NCBI GenBank assembly: GCA_038087875.1
Contig: CM075980.1
Location: forward strand, 14,198,001 to 14,262,000
Reading direction: 5' to 3'
Source: Malacoraja senta
Lineage: Eukaryota
Length of the DNA stretch: 64,000 nt
The notes below the pieces were generated by a model. That model was not told the DNA's origin. It worked only from the letters and a program-made list of their open reading frames with translations, and searched no databases. Positions 14,925 through 25,715 of the stretch are shown one piece after another; the first letter of the stretch is position 1; every line of letters begins with the position of its first letter. The translations under genes were made by a program, and so were the position numbers.

Positions 14925-15180
14925 AGGGCGGCTCAGTGGCACGGCCGTAGAGTTGCTGCCTTACAGAAGCAGGGACCCAGGTTCGATCCTGAATATGGGT
15001 GCTGTATGTACGGTTTGTACGTTCTCGCTGTGACTGTGTGGGCTTTCGCCGGGTGCTCCGATTTCTAGGTTAATTCGCCCTACAGTATGTTGGATAGTGT
15101 TAGTGTGCGGGATCGCTAGTCGGCACGAACCTGGTGGGCCGAAGGGCCTGTTTCCGTACTGTGTCTCTAAACTAAACTTG
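14925..15180 (+). mobile_element. tRNA-derived SINE with CR1-like tail
   Basis: A box tggcacggccgtag, B box ggttcgatcc, tail gggccgaagggcctgtttcc...(taaac)n; sibling copy at ~18400-18650. Confidence 0.8.
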
Positions 15181-15306
15181 TATTCTGCCACTAGAAAACA
15201 GAATATGCATATTTAAAAGTAACCCAAGTATGTGGATAGAACAAGTGCAAATAAACTTTGTGTGAGACAGATTGGGACTATTTTCACTGTGTCTTTTTCT
15301 ACAAAC

Positions 15307-15351
15307 CTTTTTTGTGGCAACATAGAAATAAGGTTGGAAAGGCAGAGCAAC
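15307..15351 (-). CDS. POLE: POLE exon 4 (VALPFQPYFYVATKK)
   Basis: 45 bp, AG/GT boundaries, protein match. Confidence 0.95.
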
Positions 15352-16486
15352 CTGAAAAAAAGAAAGAGACAATAAACTGACAACTAGCATGATGTAAAGA
15401 GACTTTTATTAAGTCTTTTCTAAACAGAGCTTTGCAAGATATTTTAATGTCAATGCTGTTCTGAAATATAGAAAAAATCTCTGGTACATAAAATTTCCAG
15501 AAAGTCAGTCATTGTAGCATACTCGAGAAATCCACTATTATTTCGGTACATTTAAGTCTATCGGTAAACAAGAAAAATTCAAGCCCCAATAACATAAGTA
15601 GGTAGTAAAGATGTTGAACAGACTACGAGGAACACCAACCAGGATAGAGATTGCAATGTTCTGAATGTCACATCTGAGGCAGGTAAAATGGAAAGCACTG
15701 GAAATACTTGGCAGGTCAGGAAGCATCCACGGGTAAAAAGACAAAGTTAACAAGTCATTGAATCAAAACATTAACTTTGTATCTCTCCATTGATATTGCC
15801 TGATCTGCTGAGTATTTCTAACATTTTCTGTTTTATTTCAGATTCTCGGCATGTGTTTTTTTGTTGTTTTACAACAAAAACTGAAATTAATATTTTAAGA
15901 TGAACTAGATTTTATGATAAAACTTCCATCGTGCTACAGTAACAGCTGTAGGCAGAATCCCAATCCACAACCTGCAAAAGCGCAATCTTACATAAGCAAT
16001 TAATTCCTATTAACAATTACACAAATTATAACTAGATATAAATTGCAAATAATGCAAAATGTTTAATTAGTAATGGAACTAAAGAGATCAGTCATAAATT
16101 TACTGAATGGTATAATGTATTTAAGAGGATGACATGACTTATTTCTCCTTCCAAGCAAAATGTCATCTTAATTATTTATGGTTAGAAATGTTGAATTTTA
16201 TGGTACAACAGATACTAAACAGTGGACCAAATTCATTATCAGATATAAAATAATTGAAACAATAATTCAGCTAATACACATAGAAAATGAAAGCCTGACA
16301 CAAATCTAAAAAAACCCACATTATTGAAGAGCATGAGGGTAACCACTACAGTCTATTAAGGGTGCAATTGCACTGGAAAGGTTGCAGGCATGGAAGAGAA
16401 ATTAGGAAAAATATCCAAAGCATGATAGGGTTTGGAATTCACTGCTGCAGTTGGCAATTGCAACACAAATCCTCATCTTATTTACA

Positions 16487-16962
16487 AGTTTACGAAAATG
16501 ATCCCAGGAATGAGTAGGTTAACCTGCGACAAGAGTTTGTCGGTACTGGACCTGTACTCGCTGGAGTTTAGAAGAATGAGGGGGGACTTCATTGAAACAT
16601 ACAGAATAGTGAAAGGCTTGGATAGAGTAGATGTGGAGAGGATGTTTCCACTAGTGGGAGAGTCTAGGACTAGAAGTCATAGCCTTAGAATTAGACATTC
16701 TTTTAGGAAGGAGCTAAAATTTCTTTAGTCAGAGGGTGGTGAATCTGTGGAATTCTTTACCACAGAAGGCTGTGGAGGCCAAGTCAGTGGATATTCTTAT
16801 GGCAGAGTTAGATAGATTCTTGATTAGTACAGTTGTCAGAGGTTATGGGAAGAAGGCAGGAGAATGGGGTTAGGAGGGAGAGATAGATCAGCCATGATTG
16901 AATGTCGGAGTATACTTGATGGGCCAAATGGCCTAGTTCTACTCCTATTCCTTATGACCTTA
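16487..16962 (+). mobile_element. CR1 LINE 3' fragment
   Basis: LYSLEFRRMRGDFIETY plus CR1 3' UTR. Confidence 0.9.
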
Positions 16963-17195
16963 TTTGAAAAATAGTCAGATGTGCATTTGTAAAGGAATTA
17001 CGTGGAGGTTATGGATCTGCTGATGGGACGTGAGGCCAGATAGCACTATTTCTTACAATAGAAAGCAATAGTCAGATGAAATGATCACCTTGTGTGTCAT
17101 AAATATTCAATAAATCATTAGGTACAGGTAGAAATGTCTTATGGCCTACATGTAAGCAGTGGAAAAGCAAGTACGTTCTGTATTTTGTTACAAAC

Positions 17196-17276
17196 CTTAA
17201 ACCTGTTTCCATCCTCCTCAATAAAATAATAATCCACAACACTGATCATTCTCTTGTCTTCATCCAGGATTTCAGC
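17196..17276 (-). CDS. POLE: POLE exon 3 ([27 protein letters not shown])
   Basis: 81 bp, AG/GT boundaries, protein match. Confidence 0.96.
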
Positions 17277-18169
17277 CTGCAAACCAAAATGTACACCACT
17301 TAGTTTGGTAAACAAAAAGATTTTGTTTTTGACATACATGTCCACCACCGATTTTCCGGCACCCTTGGTTCCAGATTATCTGTTTTGCTGGAGCAATAGA
17401 GGTCACATAATGATTCAACAATACACCTCTGATCCACTAATTACACACCTCCTGTGTCTCTAAAGCACATGGACTGATAGAAATGTAAATGAAACAAATA
17501 TTAAATGTAAATTACATTTACAACAAAACTTTCTTTCATGGGCAGGCGGTTAACAAGTTGCCCACTGAAGTCCCGATGAAGGTCGAATCGGCGGCTGCCC
17601 CCAGGACTGAGGCGCCGCTTTGTCAGCAGGGTGTGCCCGTCACCCTACACCCTCCAAGGATTCTGCAGTACTTGAATGGTCCACCTAGGTCGCCGGCAGG
17701 GGGGGGGGGGGGCTGACTTGCAATGCCCGTAAAGTCGGCCTTGCAAGTCAGCTAGGGGAACAGATCGGCCGGGTTCCAGAGCCCCGGCAACACGGGGCAA
17801 ATTCATCCCACCGATCAAAAGTCCAGCTGTGGAAGTCCCAAATGAGGTCGATATCAGCCACCTCACCCAGCCTAGTCACCACATTTTTGGGGAACTTCTG
17901 GGGGGGATTTCATGTGCGCTCTCATAATTTTGTCTGGATTAAAGGAGGTGTTGGACCATCAGTTGGCAGAAAATCAGTGGTGATCCTGTATTTCATTATA
18001 ATCCACAAATCTTATTTTGTCCTCTATATGATCACTAATATTAATCTGTTATTAAATCTAAAGAAACAATACTGGCCGTACCATCTGCACGTCTACTGTC
18101 CATTGGCCCAAGGTTATGAGCTGGCATTAATTGCTAGCAGAAATAACTGAATTCAAAAAGGCAACTAAC

Positions 18170-18305
18170 TGGGTGCATGTTGATCAGCCAGCCTGTTTTC
18201 TCTCCTGGATCTTTGAGGCGTTCAAATCCAAACCGTGCATCCATCTCATCTGTCCATTGACTGCGCTCCAGGCGCTTGAGTGCAGAAAGGGAAGAGCCAT
18301 CGTCA
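18170..18305 (-). CDS. POLE: POLE exon 2 ([45 protein letters not shown])
   Basis: Close match to recalled vertebrate POLE; cccag acceptor, gttagt donor. Confidence 0.96.
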
Positions 18306-19159
18306 CTGGGAAACAGAAGCACAAAGAAGCATGGTTATATGATCTGTTAACAGCAACTCATTGGCCAGCACAAGTACATAGTTGGATTATTATGTAATCC
18401 AGGTTGGCACAGTGGCGCAGCAGTAGAGTTGCTGCCTAACAGCGCTTTCAGCGCCGGACACCCGGGTTTGATCCCGACTACGGGTGCTGTCTGTACGGAG
18501 TTTGTACGTTCTTCCCGTGATCGCGTGCGTTTTCTCTGAGATCTTCAGTTTCCTCCCATACTCCAAAGACGTACAGGTTTGTAGGTAAATTGGATTGATA
18601 CAAGTGTAAAATTGTCCCTAGTGTGTGTAGGATAGCGTTAATTACACGTTGTTGTAATTTTGGTTTCAAGACATGATTTATAGATCTGACTTGGATCCTG
18701 CATTTTAACAGTGGTAACATTTCAAATGTTCTTCATTGGTTGTAAAGCAGTTTGGGACACTAAACCATGAAAGACATACAGATAAAAGCAAGAGACCTTT
18801 TTAAAATATCATTCTAAATAAAATTGTCATTGGCAGGGCATGCTAATAATACATGTCAATGTCCTGCGGTACAGCTGACAGTGAATGAGTTTTTAAGTAA
18901 GACGTGTTAACACTACATTATATCAGCAACAGATGCAAGCTCATGAACCCAAAACATTAATTTGGTTCCTCTGCCCAGAGAAGGTGCCAACCTAAATATA
19001 TTTCAGCACTTTATGTAGATATTAGTAGGGAAGGTACAAATCTTATTTTTAAACAGAAAAAGGGAAATAAAAAGGGAAGCTGGAATGAGAGATTGTTGAA
19101 GGCAGAATCTCAGCTCATGTGGTCAGGATGGACAAAGGTGGATTTTTGTTGTGGAAGAG

Positions 19160-19880
19160 GGTTATAGGAGCAAAATTAGGCCATTTGGCCCATCAAATCT
19201 ACTTCGCCATTCAATCAGGGCTGATCTATCCTTCCCTCTCAACCCTGCCATCTCCCATAACCTGACACTCTTATTACTCAAGAATCTGCCAATCTCCACC
19301 TTAAAAATTTCCATTGACTTGGCCTCCGCAGACATTCCACAGATTCACCACTCTCTGACTAAAGAAATTCCGCCTAATTTCCTTTCTAAAGGTACGTTCT
19401 TTTGTGCTGAGGCTACGACCTCTGGTCCTAGACTCTCCCACGAATGGAAACATCCTCTCCACATTCACTCTATCCAGGCCTTTTACTATTCGGTAAGTTT
19501 CAACAAGGTCCCCCCTCACCCTTCTAAATTTCAGCAAGTACAAGCCTAGTGCTGTCAATCTCTCAAATAACTCTGGTGCACGTAGTCGCTCCTTATAAAT
19601 CATACTCCCGTTAAAGGATCAACTACAAAAATCTTTCCTGCTCCCTTTCCAGCTTAATGGCACTTCCTATAGTTGGGTGACTAGAACTGCGCACACTACT
19701 GTAAGTGTGGTCTCACCAACATGACATCCTAACTCTTATACTTTATTCTGACAGATGAAGACAAACATGCCAAATGCTCTTTTCACCACCCTATCTATCA
19801 GCACCACTTCAGGGGACTATGTACTTGGTACCCCTAGGTCTCTGTTCCACACCACTCTCGAGGTCCCTGCCATTTACTGT
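19160..19880 (-). mobile_element. CR1 LINE 3' fragments
   Basis: FRRVRGDLVETYRIVKGLDRV...RVVNLWN. Confidence 0.85.
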
Positions 19881-20503
19881 GTTAAGACACAAAAAGCTGG
19901 AGTAACTCAGCGGGACAGGCAGCATCTCTGGAGAGAATGAATGGGTGAAGGAATGTGGACCCAAAATGGGGTCCCGCTGATTTGGTCCAACTTTTTGTGT
20001 CCATCATCAGTTTAAACCAGCATCTGCAGTTCCCCGCTCCACCCAGCGGCCAACCCCCCCAGTTCCTTCCTACACATTTACTGTGTTAGTCCTGGGTGTC
20101 ATCCGCAAACTTACTAATCAATTAACAACTAAGTCCTGAGCCAAATAGGTGACGGACAACAGTGGACCCAGCACAGGGCGATCATTGGCGGGGGTGAGAT
20201 GTGATACTGTGGGGCGATAGATCTGTGGCGAGGACGTGGGAGGAGGGTCCCGGTGCGGGGTGGAGGAGCCGGACCCTCCCTGCTCCTCCCCCCTCCCCAC
20301 CCCACGCCCTCGCTGGTCCAGCCCCCCCGGCTGTGATAACCGTTTGACCGGCGCCGGGCAACCACAGATCTCCATCCTCTCGCCACCACTGGCCCATAAA
20401 TAGGACACCGGCGCAGCATTGACTGCCGGCGCCCCTGCCTGTTCCACCCGTGAGACGCCAAAGGGCCCGAGCCGTCCGCTCCATCCTCCCCCTGCCCCCA
20501 CAC

Positions 20504-20664
20504 CTGTGATGCGCCGACGAGCCCGAGCCGGAGCCAAAGCCCGAGCCGGAGCCGGAGCCGGAGCCAAAGCCCGAGCCCGAGCCGGAGCCAAAGCCCGAGC
20601 CGGAGCCAAAGCCCGAGCCCTTCTCCGGCCACCGCCGCCGGTTCCCGCTGTTCCTCAGAACCAT
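20504..20664 (-). CDS. POLE: DNA polymerase epsilon catalytic subunit, exon 1 (MVLRNSGNRRR..., with a Gly-Ser-Phe repeat)
   Basis: ATG at 20664 in a CpG island; N-terminus resembles human MSLRSGGRRR; donor CAG|GTGTGG in phase 2 joins exon 2 in frame (AG+T, then DDG). Confidence 0.85.
20520..20620. repeat. Hexamer tandem repeat (gcccga/gccgga/gccaaa) inside POLE exon 1
   Basis: About 16-17 six-base units, read directly. Confidence 0.9.
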
Positions 20665-20830
20665 CGCCACTCGATTCGGTTCCCGCGCTCCGCCGCTCCC
20701 GCGAGACGTCGCCAGCAACGCCGTCACATCGTTGGTCCGCCGGCGAGCGCTGCCATTGGCTGCCGGGACTCCCCCCCCCCCAAGCATCGTAATTGTCCGA
20801 GTAAATGCGCAGCCAGCCGGGCCAGCACTC
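20665..20830 (-). promoter_or_regulatory. POLE CpG-island promoter / 5' UTR with E2F-like and CCAAT motifs
   Basis: CpG-dense; TTCCCGCGC at 20680-20688 (E2F-like); CCAAT on minus strand at 20755-20759. Confidence 0.6.
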
Positions 20831-20971
20831 CCAGTGGAAGCAAGTCTATCCTTCTGCATTAGGGCAGGCACAAAAAGCTGCAGGCACTCAGCGGGACAGG
20901 CAGCATCTCTTGAGGGAAGGAATGGGCGAGCCTTCTTCAGACTGAAAGTCACGGGAAAGGGAAACGAGAAA

Positions 20972-21995
20972 ATGTTACAACATTTTGAGATTTTAAAAAT
21001 CAAGTCTGTAATTTATCCCATCAGACAAAGCATAAAAAGAAGTTTAATTTGACACCTAATTCACTTTCATATCTTCAGTATTAAAAAAGTTATGGCCATT
21101 TTCATACTGAAATTAGCATCTTGTTCCCTATTGCTTTTCCATTGATTTAACTCAAAAGCTGTGATCGAGGACAGCCAAAAGCCCATAACTTTCTTAAAAA
21201 TTAAGAGAACTGAATGAAATTTTCAGTTATTATAGATTGAAGCATTCTGAAACAAATATGAAACAATCTTACTTGGATGACCTGAAATTAAAACATATAA
21301 TTAGTTAGTTACCTAATTGTAGCTAATTACAAAATTCAATTACTAGATCTAAACATCTATCCATTTCTTAAGAAAAGGTTAACATTTTTAAATAGCTTAA
21401 GTGTCCAAATAACATTCAAACAATAATTCACAATATAACATGATTTTTAAATCTCATTGTCATGAATTTATAGGCCAAATGGAAGGAATTTAATGTTTAA
21501 TTCCCGTAAATTAATGGGCATTTTAATCATCTTGCGAGTGGGTTTTTGTGGAACGCGATCGATTGGAACGTTGCATTTGTGGTGAATTTGAACCCCATAT
21601 CGGCAGGAAAAACACTGCTGGTTCGTATGGGGCCAAAATCACATTTTCGCCAAGGAAATTTTGATTAAAGTCATCCTAAGAAGCAAGTTTATATGTAAAG
21701 TACACGACTTACATTTTGTTTTGTCCCCTACGTGAGATCCGTCCCGTTGTAGGCGTTGACGGCTTTAGAAGTAGCTTTTTATTTTACTCCAGCGATTAAA
21801 TTGTCCCGCGATTTTTTTTTTTTAACTTCCGAGAACGGAAGTTGGAACGATTTTTCTGCAGCATCTTAACAGCCTGAGGAAGTTCGCCTCCGACAGGCAG
21901 GAGAAAACGGCATTTTAATCCTGCCCCCCCCCTCAAAGGCGCCAAAGTCGTGCACACGGCCAGTGGCAGAACTGCAGCGCCGCTGAAGGTAAGTC
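20972..21995. mobile_element. Probable non-autonomous DNA-transposon remnant between POLE and PXMP2
   Basis: Abruptly interrupts a Penelope-type repeat; non-coding; termini not resolved. Confidence 0.35.
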
Positions 21996-22139
21996 CCAGC
22001 TACACGACTCCCACGTGCCTGCGTTTGGTTCATATCCCTCCGAACTGGTCCTATCCATGTACCTGTCTAACTGTTTCTTAAACGTTGGGATAGTCCCAGC
22101 CTCAATTACCTCCTCTGGCAGCTTGTGCCATACACCATA

Positions 22140-22960
22140 TAGACGATGATGCAGAGAGATGTAGAACAATGAATTAAAGATGTACAAAAAAGTAACGATG
22201 ATAAAGGAAACAGGCTATTGTTAGATGTTTGTTGCGTGAGAATGAGAAGCTGGTGCGACTTGGGTGGGGGAGGGATGGAGAGAGAGGGAATGCAGAGGTT
22301 ACTTGAAGTTGGAGAAATCAATATTCATACCACTGGGTTGTAAACTTCCCAAGCAAAATATGAGATGCTGTTCCTTCAATTTGCGTTTAGCCTCACTCTA
22401 ACTCACTTCTGTATTATTCAGGGCGAGGGCTCGGTCTGCCAAGCACTCCTAGTTCATTACCATTGTCAGAGTGAGGCCACACATAAACAGGAGAAACAGC
22501 ACCTCATATTCTGCTTGGGGGGGCTTACAACCCAGCGGTATGAACATTGATTTCTTCAATATTGTTAACTGACCTACAAACACCCCCTGCCTTTTTCCCC
22601 TCTCAACCCAGTGCCCCACCTGGATTTACACCCAGTTCCCTCTATCCCCTTTCACCAATATTCCTTCATTTGACTTTACAACTTACGCCTCTTCTATCCT
22701 TATCTCAATCTTTTCATCTTTATTCTTTCTCCAACCATCTGCCAATCAACCCCCCCGCCCCGCCTCACCAGTTTCCACGCATCTCTTGTTGTGCTTCTCT
22801 CTTCCAACTTTCTCTCCCAGCCAGGACGATCAGCCTGAAAAAGAGTCCTGACCCAAAATGTCACCTATCCATGTTCTCGACAGATGCTGCCTGACCCCGT
22901 TGAATTACTCCAGCACTTTTTGGGGGTAAACCAGCATCTGCAGTTCCTTGTGTCTACATC
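22140..22960. mobile_element. Penelope-like fragments in inverted arrangement
   Basis: EQHLIFCLG...MNIDF GIY-YIG C-terminal remnants on both strands. Confidence 0.7.
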
Positions 22961-23069
22961 TCTGTTGTTTTTCCATCCTCTTCTACCAGTGACATAATTA
23001 CTGATGCTTTCCCAATTTCCAACCAACTTTGATATTGAACCATTAAAGTCCATATCTATCTAAGAGTCT

Positions 23070-23620
23070 GGAGATACCTGTTTGGAAACAGGCCGTTCAG
23101 CCCAACTTACCTATGCCAACCAAATTGCCTAACTACTCTCATTTGCCTGCACCTGGCTCATATACCTCCAAACGTTTCCAAACCATGTACCTCAGTCCAA
23201 GTGTATTTTAAATGTCATAATTGCACCTGCCTCCCCTATTTCCACTGCAGCTCATGCTCATCATATGAAAAAGCTGCCTCTCGGGTCCCTTTAAATTTTT
23301 CCCTTCTCATCTTAAATGTTTGTCCTCCAGTTTTAGACTCTCCACACCATGGGGAAAACAATTCACTTTATGACTGTCCCTCATGATTTTATAAACTAAG
23401 GTCTCTAACCTCAGCCTCCTGTACTCCAGTGAGAAAAGTCTTGGCCGAAATAGCTTTCCAACACAAACCTTGTAACATAAACACTCCAGACCCTGTAACA
23501 TCCTGATAAATCTTTTTTGCATCGTACATTTTAATGACATCCATCATACAGCAAGGCAACCTGTATTGTACATGGTATTCCAAATGTAGCCTTTTCAATG
23601 TTTTGTACAGCTGTAATATA
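23070..23620 (-). mobile_element. CR1 fragment
   Basis: RLHLEYHVQY, LFSLEYRRLR. Confidence 0.75.
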
Positions 23621-23699
23621 GACTCTCTTCAAGCCAAAACATTTAATATACATCTATTTACAGACATAGATATATTTCGGTATCGTGTTAGATATGCAG

Positions 23700-23834
23700 T
23701 AGTCAACATTCAGCCCTCCGGTGCCATTATTTACGGTAGCGAAGTAGCGATTTGTGTGTCGGGCCGCGACGACTCGGGCGAGACCAAAGATCACAGGGCG
23801 AGACGACAGGCAGCTGAGGCTCCGCTCCGAGTGA
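23700..23834 (+). promoter_or_regulatory. PXMP2 CpG-rich promoter / 5' UTR
   Basis: Local CpG enrichment directly upstream of the ATG. Confidence 0.5.
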
Positions 23835-23941
23835 ATGATGTCGGGGTACCCCACACCTGAGCGAACCTTCCATCGACTCCTGCTGCAACAGTACTTACAT
23901 CTGCTCAAGAAGTCCCCAATATTGACCAAGTCCGTTACCAG
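23835..23941 (+). CDS. PXMP2: Peroxisomal membrane protein 2 (Mpv17/PMP22 family), exon 1 (MMSGYPTPERTFHRLLLQQYLHLLKKSPILTKSVT)
   Basis: QYLxxLxxxPxLTK motif; in-frame TGA just upstream; AG|GTAGG phase-2 donor. Confidence 0.9.
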
Positions 23942-24589
23942 GTAGGCGTGTTTCAGCCGAGGCTGGAGCGCATTTCCTGGGGAAGTGCTGCCAGATGTCA
24001 ACTGCGAGATTATTTTATTTCTCTTGCTTTTAGCAAAATGTGCGCCCCCACGCCAGTGAATATTCACGAACTGCATGTATTTTATGAGCTGAAGAAGATG
24101 GTGAATTAATTGTCAGCAAAAATCGCTGTAATTGCTTGAATTTTCGCAACGCACCAACTTTAAAGTACCTGACTGGCCATGGATTGAATGCAAAACCGAA
24201 AAATACATAAATGACTTGAGAGGTTTCGTCGTGCTGTTTTGTAATCAAAATAAGCATTTAAAATAAATCTCCTTGAATACACAACGCCATGTACATCACT
24301 TCTGCGATGGAACTATTCCATACATTTATCTGAATAAAACAATTGAATCTTTTTAATGCTTACCTTGCCGTCCAATTCCTTTTCAGAAGGATGTTTCCAT
24401 ATTCCTTTCAGGCAATGAGTTCCAAATTATATTCACCATCTCCAAAAAAAGCTTTTCCTGGTATCTTCCTTTCATTCATCCCCAAAACTATTAAAGCAGT
24501 GAAAAGGAACTGGAGATGCCGGTTTACAGAAAAAGACACCAAGTGCTGGAGTAACTGGATGTTCGCTGGCCCTTGAACCATCCACAAGA

Positions 24590-25220
24590 GTCATACTGCA
24601 TGGAAACAGGTCTTTTGGCCAACTCGTCCATCCTGACCAAGATGCCCATATATGCTGATCCTAAACGTCCGTGTCTGGCCCATATCCGTCTAAACTTTAC
24701 TGTCCATGTACTATCCCAATGTCTTTTAAATATTGTTATTGCATCTGCCTCAATCACTTCCTTTGGCACTATATGTGTATCATCACCTGTGTGAAAAAGT
24801 CACCCCTCGGGTTCCTATTACTGGTAATTTTTTCCCTCTTAACTTTAAATTAGTTCTTGATTCTCCAATACTGGGAAAACGACCATCCGCATTCAGCCTA
24901 CCTATTCCCTTCATGATTTGATTCACCTCTGTAAGATCACCCCTCAGGAATAAAACATTAGCTTGCTAAACCTCTCCCTGCTGCTCTGGCCCTTGAGTCC
25001 TGGCAAGATCCCCACAAATCTTTTCTATGACCTTTCCAGCTTAATGGCATCTTTCCTACAGCAAGGTGACAAAAACTGAACACAATACTATGTGGCCTCA
25101 CCAATATCTTGTGCAACTGCAACATAACATCGAAACGTTTATACTTGATGCCTGAACTGATGAAGGCCAGAGAGCCAAAAACCTTTTTCACCACATTGTC
25201 TACCTGTGATGCCACTTTGT
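24590..25220 (-). mobile_element. CR1 fragment
   Basis: VVKKVFGSLAFISSGIKYK...LVRPH. Confidence 0.8.
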
Positions 25221-25586
25221 CTATTTTTATGCTGCTCACTATTATCACATTTTCAGGTTTTATGGCATCTGAAAATCTGAACATTTTACTCATACATGCA
25301 TTTCTATATATCGGATGATAGCACTAAATAGAAGCATATCTTAATATTGTAGAGTTGTGGTGTCTTTCTCAGTGATAAGCTCCTGGAGGGAGAACACCTC
25401 CGAGTTATATTTTCCATTTGGTGTTAAAATAGAAAATACATGTTAATCAAGTTTAGCTTTCCTGATTGAAAAGTCCATGAGAATCTCATAATATTGTTGG
25501 CAGAATATATGATGATTGAAGTAGATTGAAATAGAATGCAAAATGTTGTTGATTATTCTGCATTACAAGATGAAGAGTGGAAGGGA

Positions 25587-25715
25587 TTTTAACAGTACAT
25601 TTTGTTAACAGGTTGAGAATCCTACAGAAAGGATATATTTTAATCCCTGGTGCAGGGATTAAAATATATCCTTTCTGTAGGATTCTCAACCTGTTAACAA
25701 AATGTACTGTTAAAA
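25587..25715. repeat. Perfect 63-bp inverted repeat with 3-nt loop
   Basis: 25587-25649 is the exact reverse complement of 25653-25715. Confidence 0.95.

Noticed and set aside
14925-15000. tRNA gene
   Set aside because: A and B boxes belong to a multi-copy SINE head followed by a SINE body and tail
20118-21052. Long ORFs up to 273 aa around POLE exon 1
   Set aside because: Stop-poor GC-rich island; only 20504-20664 has protein and splice support
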